Below, piece after piece: positions 36,354 to 46,299 of a stretch of 64,000 bases of DNA (position 1 is its first letter; each line of letters begins with the position of its first letter). This stretch comes from Burkholderiales bacterium (GTDB taxonomy: Bacteria; Pseudomonadota; Gammaproteobacteria; Burkholderiales; SG8-39). The position numbers and the translations under genes were made by a program. The notes under the pieces are model-generated. The model made no database searches, was not told the DNA's origin, and saw only the letters and a list, made by a program, of their open reading frames with translations. The stretch lies in the NCBI GenBank assembly GCA_035550695.1, contig DASZOS010000051.1, positions 13,519 to 77,518 on the forward strand, given 5' to 3'.

Positions 36354-37154
36354 TCAGCCCTGCACCGCGAACACGCCGCCGTCCGCGCCGCGGGTCGCCC
36401 AGCCGGTCATGCGACGTTCGAGCACGTTGGCGACGAGGTACATCGCGATGCCCATCGCGGCGGTCACTAGCAGCGCAGCGAACGCGAGGGGCACCTCGAA
36501 CTTCGAGGAGGCGACGAGCATCAGATTGCCGATGCCCTTGTTGCCGGCCACCGTCTCCGCCACGATGGAGCCGACGAACGCCACGGTGATCGCCACTTTC
36601 AGCGAGGCGAAGAAATAGGGCATCGAGCGCGGCAGGCCCACCTTCTGGATGATCTGCCAGCGCGTCGCCCCGAGGGCCCGCAGCACGTCGCGCAGCTCGG
36701 GCTCCAGGGTCGCGATGCCGGTGGCCACGTTCACGAGGATCGGAAAGAACGAAATCAGGAAGGCCGTGATGATGGCGGGCACGATGCCGATGCCGAACCA
36801 GATGACGAGGATCGGGATCACCGCGACCTTCGGCACCGAGTTGAATCCGATCAGCGCGGGATAGAAGGCATCGTAGATCAGCGTCGAAGAGCCGATGGCG
36901 ATGCCCGCGAGCAGGCCGAACACCACCGCGAGCAGGAAGCCGATCCCGGTGGTGACGAAGGTCTGCCAGCCGCTCAGGAGAAGCGGCGCGCGGAACTGCC
37001 ACATGGCCTCGAACACCGCCGAAGGCGCCGGCAGCACGAATTGCTCGATCTTCAGCGCCCGCACGACGATTTCCCACAAGATGAAGAAAGCAGTGATCAC
37101 CGCCCAGGGCAGGACGCGGCGCACGGTTTTTCGGCGCAGCTCCGCGAGCCTCAC
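36354..37154 (-). CDS. ABC transporter permease (NitT/TauT family)
   Basis: GTG at 37154 overlaps the formamidase stop (GTGA); six-TM permease with the EAA-like region ALGATRWQIIQKVGLP. Confidence 0.85.
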   Translation of the reverse strand: MRLAELRRKTVRRVLPWAVITAFFILWEIVVRALKIEQFVLPAPSAVFEAMWQFRAPLLLSGWQTFVTTGIGFLLAVVFGLLAGIAIGSSTLIYDAFYPALIGFNSVPKVAVIPILVIWFGIGIVPAIITAFLISFFPILVNVATGIATLEPELRDVLRALGATRWQIIQKVGLPRSMPYFFASLKVAITVAFVGSIVAETVAGNKGIGNLMLVASSKFEVPLAFAALLVTAAMGIAMYLVANVLERRMTGWATRGADGGVFAVQG

Positions 37155-38134
37155 GTCGGTTTTCTGAGGATGTTCTTGTTGAGCATGGCGTGAACTCCCT
37201 TGATATTGTTCACGGTCTGCGTCACGTGCAGGTCTACCGCAAGGCTGCCCAGGGCGTAGGCCTCGTCGCGGGAAATTCCCGTCAGGTCGACGATCCATTG
37301 GAGCATTTCGCGCAGCGCCTGGCGCGCCGCGTCGTCCAGGTCCGCATCGAGGCCGAAGGTGAGGTAGTGCGTCGGCGTCTCCGCCCGCGGCAGGCGCCAC
37401 TCCAGGTCCTTGCGCACGCGGAACTCGAACGTGCCCTCGAGCGCCGTTTCGGCCGCCGTGCCGTTCACTTCGCCGTCGCCTTGGATGGCATGGCCGTCGC
37501 CGGTGGAAAAGAGCGCGCCCTCGTTCAGCACGGGGAGAAACACCGTGCTCCCCGCCACCAGCTCCTTGCAGTCGATGTTGCCGCCGAACTCGCGCGGCTC
37601 CTTGCTGTTCTGCCGCCCCGCCTCCGCCGGCGGCGCGACGCCAAGCTGCCCGAAGAACGGCCGCATCGGCACGCGTAGCCCCGAGGGCAGGACAGCCATG
37701 TTGCTGCCCTCGTCGAGGGCGATATGGATCAGGCGGTAATAGGGGTAGTCCCCGGGGAGCGTCCCCATGTACCGGCGGAACAGGTTGTACGCCCAGTCCT
37801 GGCGCAGCCCGATCTCGAGGATCTGGATCTCCAGCACATCGCCGATCGCAGCGCCGCGCACGAAGACCGGGCCCGTGAGGATATGGTTGCCCGTGCCGCG
37901 CTTGACCTTCGCATGGATGTCCAGGAGCTCCGGTGGGACCTTGAACCCTCTCGTCTTCGGCGGGAGCCACTCCGGATTACCGGACACGCACTCGATCACC
38001 ACCCGGTCCCCGGAATCCACCGTGAGCACAGGCGGCAACGAAGCGTCGAAGAATCCCCAGTGGACCGTTTCCGGCGTCGAGCGAAGCAGATGCGTGGTGG
38101 CGGCCAGGACGGACTTGTCGCGCGGGATGTTCAT
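37151..38134 (-). CDS. acetamidase/formamidase family protein
   Basis: 327 aa; FmdA/AmdA-type sequence (GNIDCKEL, FSTGDGHAIQGDGEV). Confidence 0.85.
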   Translation of the reverse strand: MNIPRDKSVLAATTHLLRSTPETVHWGFFDASLPPVLTVDSGDRVVIECVSGNPEWLPPKTRGFKVPPELLDIHAKVKRGTGNHILTGPVFVRGAAIGDVLEIQILEIGLRQDWAYNLFRRYMGTLPGDYPYYRLIHIALDEGSNMAVLPSGLRVPMRPFFGQLGVAPPAEAGRQNSKEPREFGGNIDCKELVAGSTVFLPVLNEGALFSTGDGHAIQGDGEVNGTAAETALEGTFEFRVRKDLEWRLPRAETPTHYLTFGLDADLDDAARQALREMLQWIVDLTGISRDEAYALGSLAVDLHVTQTVNNIKGVHAMLNKNILRKPT

Positions 38135-38165
38135 GCTAACCCTCCTCGGTTAACCTCCTTATGTT

Positions 38166-38374
38166 ACCTGCCGCAAGGCGCGAGCGGGTTCACCACCGTC
38201 GAGCTGAAGTCGAACTTCCTGGGCACCGTGCGCGACGGCACGATCCTGTGCCGGGCGACCCCGGTGCACCTTGGCCGGACCACCCAAGTGTGGGACGCCG
38301 AAGTCACTGCCGAGGCGAGCGGGGCAAGGATCGCCCTATTTCGCTGTACCCAGATGGTGCTCTGGCCGCGCTAG
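38166..38374 (+). pseudogene. 209-bp direct repeat, copy 2: orphan 3' fragment of the thioesterase gene (last 68 codons plus stop)
   Basis: Encodes LPQGASGFTTVELKSNF...MVLWPR with no 5' part; 6 substitutions versus copy 1, 5 of them synonymous. Confidence 0.85.
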
Positions 38375-38416
38375 GGATTTGCCAAAACCCTTTTTCCTGT
38401 GCTTCAATTCCAACAG

Positions 38417-38485
38417 ATGACGCACCGGTTCTCCTTCGGCTTCTTCTTTTATTTCCCCTGCCTGCTGGCGGAAGGGACCGGCTAA
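38417..38485 (+). CDS. Phe-rich leader peptide (MTHRFSFGFFFYFPCLLAEGTG)
   Basis: 22 codons with 7 Phe and 1 Tyr, followed by mutually exclusive antiterminator/terminator helices upstream of DAHP synthase. Confidence 0.6.
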   Translation: MTHRFSFGFFFYFPCLLAEGTG

Positions 38486-38510
38486 GCTCCAGCCCACGGA
38501 ATCCAGGAAA

Positions 38511-38543
38511 CCGCCAGCGCCAAAAGCCTGGCGGTTTTTTTTT
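38511..38543 (+). terminator. attenuator intrinsic terminator
   Basis: CCGCCAG...CTGGCGG 7-bp stem followed by T9; the 5' arm can pair instead with GCTGGCGG at 38464-38471. Confidence 0.7.
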
Positions 38544-38558
38544 GCCAAGGTGAAAACA

Positions 38559-39668
38559 ATGACCACCCCACTCGACAACTACCTCGCCATCGTTCCCGCG
38601 GACAAAACCTCGCTCACCGACGACGAGCGCATCGACAACATCGTCCCGCTGCCGCCGCCGGAGCACCTGATCCGCTTCTTTCCGATCCAGGGCACGCAGG
38701 TCGAAACCCTGGTCACCGAGACGCGCCGCAAGCTGCGCCAGATCCTCCACGGGCCGGCCGACCGGCTGCTGGTGGTCATGGGACCCTGCTCGATCCACGA
38801 TCCGGCGGCCGCCATCGCGTACGCGGAAAGACTGGCCTCGGAAAGGAAGAAGCACCGAGGCGAGCTCGAGCTCGTGATGCGCGTGTACTTCGAGAAGCCG
38901 CGCACCACGGTGGGCTGGAAGGGCCTCATCAACGACCCTTACATGAACGGCAGCTTCCGCATCAACGAAGGACTGCGCATCGCGCGCGACCTGCTGGTGC
39001 GCATCAACCAGACCGGCGTGCCGGCGGGCTGCGAGTTCCTCGACGTCATCTCGCCGCAGTACATCGGCGACCTGGTGTCCTGGGGCGCCATCGGGGCGCG
39101 CACCACCGAGAGCCAGGTGCACCGGGAGCTCGCTTCCGGTCTCTCGGCGCCGGTGGGGTTCAAGAACGGCACCGACGGCAACGTGAAAATCGCCGTCGAC
39201 GCGCTGCTCGCGGCCCGGCAGAAGCACCATTTCCTGTCGGTGCACAAGAGCGGCCAGGTGGCGATCGTCGAGACGCGCGGCAACGAGGACTGCCATATCA
39301 TCCTGCGCGGCGGCAAGGCGCCGAACTACGACGCCGCGAGCGTGGAGGCCGCCTGCCGCGAGCTCGCGAAAGCGAAACTGCCCGAGCGGCTGATGATCGA
39401 CTGCTCGCACGCCAACGCCGCGAAACAGTTCAGGCGCCAGATCGAGGTGGTGGCGGACGTGGCCGGGCAGGTCGAAAACGGCGAGCGCCGAATCCTCGGC
39501 GTCATGGTCGAGTCGAACCTGGTGGAAGGCCGCCAGGACGCCGGGCCGGGCAAGCCGCTCAAGTTCGGCCAGAGCATCACCGATGCGTGTCTCGGCTGGG
39601 AGGATTCGGCCGCGCTCCTCGAGCGCCTCGCCGACGCGGTACGCAAGCGCCGCAGCCGGCGCGGATAA
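38559..39668 (+). CDS. aroG: 3-deoxy-7-phosphoheptulonate (DAHP) synthase, class I
   Basis: 369 aa; AAGGTG RBS 6 nt before the ATG at 38559; GPCSIHD and IMVESNL-type motifs; isozyme assignment (Phe-sensitive) is only inferred from the leader. Confidence 0.9.
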   Translation: MTTPLDNYLAIVPADKTSLTDDERIDNIVPLPPPEHLIRFFPIQGTQVETLVTETRRKLRQILHGPADRLLVVMGPCSIHDPAAAIAYAERLASERKKHRGELELVMRVYFEKPRTTVGWKGLINDPYMNGSFRINEGLRIARDLLVRINQTGVPAGCEFLDVISPQYIGDLVSWGAIGARTTESQVHRELASGLSAPVGFKNGTDGNVKIAVDALLAARQKHHFLSVHKSGQVAIVETRGNEDCHIILRGGKAPNYDAASVEAACRELAKAKLPERLMIDCSHANAAKQFRRQIEVVADVAGQVENGERRILGVMVESNLVEGRQDAGPGKPLKFGQSITDACLGWEDSAALLERLADAVRKRRSRRG

Positions 39669-39687
39669 TTCGGCATAATGCGCCAGG

Positions 39688-40230
39688 ATGGCCGAACGCC
39701 CGCAGCAGCTCGCGCACCTCGAGTTCCTGGGTGACGCGCTGCGCTTCGCGAACCAGATCCACGCGCTGATCCCGAAGTGCCCCCTGCTGGAGAATTTTTC
39801 CTCCGAGGAGGTGAGGCTGCTCGCGCACTTCTTGGAGGTGTACCGCGCCGAGCCGGCGATCGAGATCATCCGCGAGGGCGACGGCGGCGACTTCATGCTG
39901 ATGATCGTCGAAGGCAAGGTCGAAGTGCAGAAGCGCGATCGCTGGAACACGCCGCAGCTCATGGCGGTGGTCGAGGCCGGACAGTCGCTGGGTGAAATGT
40001 CGATGATCGACGGCGAGCCGCGCTTCGCCACCTGCGTGGCGACGCAGCCGACCCTCATCGCCGTGCTGCACCGCGAGAGCCTGGCGCGCATCATCGTCGA
40101 GCAGCCGATGCTCGGCGCCAAGATCCTGATGGAGCTCGTGCTCATGCTCTCGCAGCGGCTGCGCGCCACGGGCGAGCGGCTGCTCGGCCTGATGGACGAG
40201 CACTCGCAGCCGGCCGCGCCGCTGCTGTAA
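39688..40230 (+). CDS. cyclic nucleotide-binding domain protein
   Basis: 180 aa; cNMP-binding fold signature IIREGDGGDFMLMIVEGKVEV...GEMSMIDGEPRFATCVA. Confidence 0.8.
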   Translation: MAERPQQLAHLEFLGDALRFANQIHALIPKCPLLENFSSEEVRLLAHFLEVYRAEPAIEIIREGDGGDFMLMIVEGKVEVQKRDRWNTPQLMAVVEAGQSLGEMSMIDGEPRFATCVATQPTLIAVLHRESLARIIVEQPMLGAKILMELVLMLSQRLRATGERLLGLMDEHSQPAAPLL

Positions 40231-40260
40231 GCTGCGCGCCGGGTCGCCCGACTAGACACC

Positions 40261-41219
<959 letters not shown>

Positions 41220-41223
<4 letters not shown>

Positions 41224-42161
41224 GCGCACCGGGAAGAGCTTGCCCGGTCTCCTACCGGCACGGAGCGCGCGCGCTGGCGGGCGCGGCCTTGCTGGAGGTG
41301 GATACCCTGTGGGTCGCTGGCGGGCTCTATGGCAATCCGCTCGCCCTCGAGCGTCTGCTGCAGCTCTACGAAGCGGAGCCGGGCTCGAAGGCGCTGGTGT
41401 TCAACGGCGATTTTCACTGGTTCGACGTTTTTCCCGAGGAATTCGCGCAGATCGAGCGCGGCGTGTCGCGGTACCTCGCCACGCGCGGCAATGTTGAGAC
41501 CGAGCTTGCCGCGCCGTTCGCAGGAGCGGGTTGCGGCTGCGCTTATCCGGACTGGGTGGACGACGCCACGGTCGAGCATTCCAACCGCGTGATCGAGCGC
41601 CTGCGCGCCACGGCTGCCTGCTTCCCGCGGGCGCTCGAGCGGCTCGCGCGCCTGCCGATGCACCTCGTGGCTGCTGTGGGGGGCGAGCGCGTCGCCGTAG
41701 TGCACGGCGACGCCGATTCGCTCGCCGGCTGGGGCTTTTCGCAGGAAACGCTCGGCACCGAGCCGGGCCGGGCCGCGGCCGCGCGGGCGTTCGCGGAGGC
41801 GAACGCGAGAATCTTCGCTTCCAGCCACAGCTGCCTGCCGGTGCTGCAGCAGTTCGCCGGCGGTCATGTGATCGCGAACAACGGTGCCGCCGGCATGCCG
41901 AATTTCCGCGGCACCCGCTTCGGCTTGGCGACGCGCATCTCGGTGCGCGCGAGCGCGGGGGCCTTGTACGGCGCGCGCGCGGCGCATCTTTTCGTCGAGA
42001 CCGTGGCGCTCGACTATGACGCGCGGGCGTGGCGCGGGCGCTTCATCGCGCAGTGGCCTGAAGGCTCGGCGGCCCACGCGTCGTATTTCGGGCGCATCTG
42101 CGAGGGGCCCGGATACCGTACCGAGCAGGCGCTGCGCCGCGAGACGGCGCTCGCCGCGTGA
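41220..42161 (+). CDS. metallophosphoesterase-like protein
   Basis: GTG at 41220 overlaps the stop (GTGA); LWVAGGLYGN, FNGDFHWFD, VVHGDADS and SSHSC resemble calcineurin-like phosphoesterase motifs. Confidence 0.65.
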
Positions 42162-44284
42162 GCCGCGGACGGCTTGTCGTCGCAGCCCTCATTGCCGTTG
42201 CGGTACTCGCCTTCTTCGCGGCGGGCGGCCCGCGCTATGTCAGCTTCGAGTTCCTGAAGGGCCAGGCGGCGAGCTTCCAGGAGTACTACCAGACGCACCG
42301 CCTGCAAACCGCCGCGGCGTACTTTCTCCTTTACGTGCTGGTCGCGGCGCTCTCGCTACCCGGTGCGCTCGTCATGACGCTCGCCGGCGGTGCGATTTTC
42401 GGTTTCCTCTGGGGAACGGTAATCGTGTCCTTCGCCTCCTCCGGCGGCGCGACGCTCGCCTTCCTCGCGTCGCGGTTCGTGCTGCGCGACTGGGTGCGCG
42501 CGAAATTCGCACGCTTCATCGAACCGATCGACGCCGGCATACGGCGCGAAGGCGCCTTTTATCTCTTCACGCTGCGGCTCATTCCAGCGGTGCCTTTCTT
42601 CGCCATCAACCTGGCGATGGGGCTCACGGCGATGCGCGTGCCCACCTTCTACGGCGTAAGCCAGCTCGGCATGCTGCCCGGCACCCTCGTGTTCGTCGCC
42701 GCCGGCAGCAGGCTCGCCGCGGTCGACGGCCCGGCCGGAATCCTCTCGCCGGGGCTCATCGGACTGTTCCTCCTCATCGGCGTGTTTCCGCTGCTCGCCA
42801 AGCGCCTCGTCGGCGTCTTGCGCGCGCGGCGCATCTATGCGCGCTGGCCGCGGCCGGCGAAGTTCGACCGCAACCTCGTCGTCATCGGCGCAGGCTCCGC
42901 CGGGCTCGTCTCGGCGTACATCGCGGCCGCGGTGCGCGCGAAGGTGACTCTGGTGGAGAAGCACCGCATGGGCGGGGACTGCCTCAACACGGGCTGCGTG
43001 CCCTCCAAGGCGCTCATCAAGTCCGCGCGGGTGCTCGCGCAGATCCGCAGCGCCTCGAAGTACGGAATCCGCAGCGCCACGGCGCAGTTCGACTTTGCCG
43101 ACATCATGGAGCGCGTACAGCGCGTAGTCCGGACCGTGGAGCCGCACGACTCGGTTGCCCGCTACAGCGCGCTCGGCGTGGAGTGCCTTCAAGGCGAGGC
43201 GAGGATTACCTCGCCCTGGACGGTGCAGGTGAACGGCCGAACCCTCAGCACGCGCAGCATCATCATCGCTGCGGGCGCGCGGCCTTTCGTGCCGCCGATT
43301 CCGGGAATCGACGCCGTGGAGGTGCTCACTTCGGACACCGTCTGGAGACTGCGCCAGCTGCCGGCGCGCCTCGTGGTGCTCGGCGGAGGGCCGATCGGCG
43401 CGGAGCTCGCGCAGGCGTTCGCGCGCTTCGGCGCGAAGGTCACCCAGGTGGAGATGCTGCCGCGGCTGCTCGCGCGCGAGGATCCGGAGATCTCCGAGCT
43501 GGTGCGCAGCCGCTTTGTCGCCGAAGGCATCGAGGTGCTTACCGGACATCGCGCCAAGCGCTTCGAAGGCGCGAACCTGCTCGTCTGCGAGCACGGCGGC
43601 GGCGAGCGGCGCATCGAGTTCGATGCGCTGCTGTGCGCCGTGGGCCGCATGCCGAACACCGAGGGCTACGGGCTCGAAGAGCTCGGCATTGCGCTCACCG
43701 CCGCGCGCACGGTGGACACCAACGAATACCTGCAGACGCTGTACCCCAATATCTATGCCTGCGGCGACGTGGCCGGTCCCTACCAGTTCACGCACACCGC
43801 GTCGCACCAGGCGTGGTACGCGGCGGTCAACGCGCTCTTCGGCGGGCTGCGCCGCTGGCGGGCGGATTACCGCGTGATTCCATGGGCGACCTTCACCGAT
43901 CCGGAGGTGGCGCGCGTCGGCCTCAACGAAACCGAGGCCAAGGCGCGGAACATTGCCCACGAGGTGAGCGTCTATCGCATGGAAGAGCTGGACCGCGCGA
44001 TCGCGGAGGAAGCGACGCACGGGCTCGTCAAGGTGCTCACCGTGCCCGGCAAGGACCGGATTCTCGGCGCGACGATCGCCGGCGAGAGTGCCGGCGAGCT
44101 GATCGCAGAGTTCGTGGCCGCGATGAAGCACGGCATCGGCCTGAACAAGATTCTCGGCACCATCCACGTGTACCCGACGCTCGCCGAAGCGAACAAGCAC
44201 GCCGCGGGCGTCTGGAAGAAGGCGCACGCGCCGCAAGGCACCCTGAGGAGGCTGGAGCGCTTCCACGCATGGATGCGCGGCTGA
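42158..44284 (+). CDS. TVP38/TMEM64 (DedA superfamily) membrane domain fused to pyridine nucleotide-disulfide oxidoreductase
   Basis: 708 aa; N-terminal ~230 aa polytopic DedA-like; then VVIGAGSAG and GGDCLNTGCVPSK redox-active disulfide, mercuric reductase/DLDH-like. Confidence 0.85.
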   Translation: MSRGRLVVAALIAVAVLAFFAAGGPRYVSFEFLKGQAASFQEYYQTHRLQTAAAYFLLYVLVAALSLPGALVMTLAGGAIFGFLWGTVIVSFASSGGATLAFLASRFVLRDWVRAKFARFIEPIDAGIRREGAFYLFTLRLIPAVPFFAINLAMGLTAMRVPTFYGVSQLGMLPGTLVFVAAGSRLAAVDGPAGILSPGLIGLFLLIGVFPLLAKRLVGVLRARRIYARWPRPAKFDRNLVVIGAGSAGLVSAYIAAAVRAKVTLVEKHRMGGDCLNTGCVPSKALIKSARVLAQIRSASKYGIRSATAQFDFADIMERVQRVVRTVEPHDSVARYSALGVECLQGEARITSPWTVQVNGRTLSTRSIIIAAGARPFVPPIPGIDAVEVLTSDTVWRLRQLPARLVVLGGGPIGAELAQAFARFGAKVTQVEMLPRLLAREDPEISELVRSRFVAEGIEVLTGHRAKRFEGANLLVCEHGGGERRIEFDALLCAVGRMPNTEGYGLEELGIALTAARTVDTNEYLQTLYPNIYACGDVAGPYQFTHTASHQAWYAAVNALFGGLRRWRADYRVIPWATFTDPEVARVGLNETEAKARNIAHEVSVYRMEELDRAIAEEATHGLVKVLTVPGKDRILGATIAGESAGELIAEFVAAMKHGIGLNKILGTIHVYPTLAEANKHAAGVWKKAHAPQGTLRRLERFHAWMRG

Positions 44285-45033
44285 TCCTCGCGCTATTGCT
44301 GTGGCTGCCGCTCGCCTGCCACGGCTTCGAGCACAAGGCGTGGGACGAGCTGCTGAAAAAGCACGTCGTGCTGCTCGACGATGGAAAGGCTTCGCAGCTG
44401 CGCTACTCGGCCATGGCGCAGGAGCGTACGGCGCTGAAAAAGTACCTGGAAGCGCTTTCGAGGGTGGCGCCGGCCGAATTTACCCGATGGTCCCGAGCCG
44501 AGCAGATGGCCTTTCTCATCAACGCCTACAACGCCTTCACGGTCGAGAAGATCCTCACGCGCTACCCGGAGATCCGCTCGATCTGGGACTTCGGTCGTCT
44601 CATCGGCAACCCGTTCAAGGACGAGTTCTTCCTCCTGCTCGGAGAAAAACGAAGCCTCGACTGGATCGAGCACGAGAGCCTGCGGAAAAACTACGGCGAC
44701 CCGAGAGTGCATTACGCGGTGAACTGCGCCTCGGTGGGCTGCCCGATGCTGCGCGAGGAGGCTTACGCTGCGGCGCGGCTCGATGCGCAGCTCGAGGAGC
44801 AGGCGCGGCGCTTCCTGTCGGACCGAAGCCGCAACCGGCTGCGCGGAGCGCGGCTCGAGGTGTCGAAGATCTTCGACTGGTTCAGCAAGGACTTCGAGCC
44901 GCGCGATGGGTACTTCGCGCGCTACGCCGAGGTCCTCGGCGAGGACGCCAGAGAGCGCGGCGCGATCCGCGCCGGCGGATATTCGCTTCACTTTCTCGAT
45001 TACGATTGGTCGCTGAACGACGCAAAGAGATGA
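44269..45033 (+). CDS. DUF547 domain protein (secreted)
   Basis: ATG at 44269 overlaps the upstream gene by 16 nt; signal peptide; FLINAYNAFT and HYAVNCASVGCP motifs. Confidence 0.75.
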   Translation: MDARLILALLLWLPLACHGFEHKAWDELLKKHVVLLDDGKASQLRYSAMAQERTALKKYLEALSRVAPAEFTRWSRAEQMAFLINAYNAFTVEKILTRYPEIRSIWDFGRLIGNPFKDEFFLLLGEKRSLDWIEHESLRKNYGDPRVHYAVNCASVGCPMLREEAYAAARLDAQLEEQARRFLSDRSRNRLRGARLEVSKIFDWFSKDFEPRDGYFARYAEVLGEDARERGAIRAGGYSLHFLDYDWSLNDAKR

Positions 45034-45692
45034 AGCTCGCCGTCATCATTCCCGCGCTGAACGAGGCACGGCGCATCCGCGCCGCCCTCGAAGCGCTCGC
45101 GCCGCTGCGCGCGCGCGGCCACGAGGTGATCGTGGCCGACGGCGGCAGCGACGATGGGACGCCCCGGCTCGCGCAGGGCCTGTGCGACCGGATCGTTGGC
45201 GGCGCGCGCGGCAGGGCGCGGCAGATGAACGAGGGGGCGCGCGCGGCGAGCGCCGATGCGCTCGTCTTCCTGCACGCGGACACGCGCCTGCCGGCGAACG
45301 CCGACGCGCTGATCGCCTCGGCTCTGAGCGGCTCCTGCTGGGGCAGGTTCGATGTCGCGATAGACGCCAGTCACCCGCTCCTCAGGGTCGTCGCCCGGGC
45401 GATGAGCCTGCGCTCGCGCCTCACCGGCATTGCGACCGGCGATCAGGCGATCTTCGTGCGGCGCGACGCCTTCGAAGGCTTTCCCGAGATTGCTCTCATG
45501 GAAGACATTGCGTTCAGCAAGGCGATGAAGCGGCGGGCTGCGCCCGCCTGCCTGCGCGCGCGCGTGCGGACTTCGGGGCGGCGCTGGGAGTCGCGCGGCG
45601 TCCTGAGAACCATACTGCTCATGTGGCGGCTGCGCCTGTTGTACTTCCTCGGCGCGCGACCGGAGCGCCTTGCGCGCCTGTACGAATCTTGA
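45030..45692 (+). CDS. family 2 glycosyltransferase-like transferase
   Basis: ATGA overlap; AVIIPALNE...VIVADGGSDDGT...FLHADT. Confidence 0.8.
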   Translation: MKLAVIIPALNEARRIRAALEALAPLRARGHEVIVADGGSDDGTPRLAQGLCDRIVGGARGRARQMNEGARAASADALVFLHADTRLPANADALIASALSGSCWGRFDVAIDASHPLLRVVARAMSLRSRLTGIATGDQAIFVRRDAFEGFPEIALMEDIAFSKAMKRRAAPACLRARVRTSGRRWESRGVLRTILLMWRLRLLYFLGARPERLARLYES

Positions 45693-46299
45693 TGTAGCGA
45701 TATTGGTGTTCGCGCGCGAGCCGATTCCCGGGCGCGCCAAGACGCGCCTCATCCCGCGGCTCGGCGCGTTCCAGGCCGCCCGGCTGCACGCGCGGCTTAC
45801 CGCGCACGCCATGCACACCGCGGCGGCGGCGGCCTGCGGCCCGGTGGAACTCCACGACACGGCGAAGCAGCGCGGCGCGGACCTCGGCAGCCGCATGTAT
45901 CACGCCTTGTCCGGCGCGTTGCGCCGGCACCGCGGCGCTATCCTCGTCGGCACCGATTGCCCGGCGCTGCGGCCATCGGACCTGCGGCGCGCCGCGCGGC
46001 TGCTCGCGGGCGGCTGCGAGGCAGTGCTCGCCCCGGTCGAGGACGGCGGCTACGTGCTGATCGGCGTGCGGCGCGCGTCGCCGCGCCTTTTCGCCGGCAT
46101 CGAATGGGGCGGTCCCGGCGTTTACGCCGCGACTGCGCAAAGGCTCGATTCGCTGGCGTACCGCTGGCGCGCGCTGCGAATGCTCTGGGATGTCGACCGG
46201 CCCGAAGACCTGGAGCGGCTCAGATCGCTCCGCTTTTCTTCAATACCGTTGCGACGCGCTCGGCGATCACCCGGTAGCCGGCCGCGTTGGGGTGGATAG
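45670..46299 (+). CDS. DUF2064 (CofC-like) transferase
   Basis: AILVFAREPIPGRAKTRL N-terminus, ILVGTDCP, EDGGYVLIG; TTG start overlaps the upstream gene. Confidence 0.75.
   Translation: MRACTNLDVAILVFAREPIPGRAKTRLIPRLGAFQAARLHARLTAHAMHTAAAAACGPVELHDTAKQRGADLGSRMYHALSGALRRHRGAILVGTDCPALRPSDLRRAARLLAGGCEAVLAPVEDGGYVLIGVRRASPRLFAGIEWGGPGVYAATAQRLDSLAYRWRALRMLWDVDRPEDLERLRSLRFSSIPLRRARRSPGSRPRWGG

Noticed and set aside
34260-38165. Integrase, transposase or tRNA associated with the repeat-flanked cassette.
   Set aside because: All four ORFs have metabolic or transport signatures, and the remaining intergenic space (40, 128, 4 and 31 nt) is too small to hide a mobility gene.
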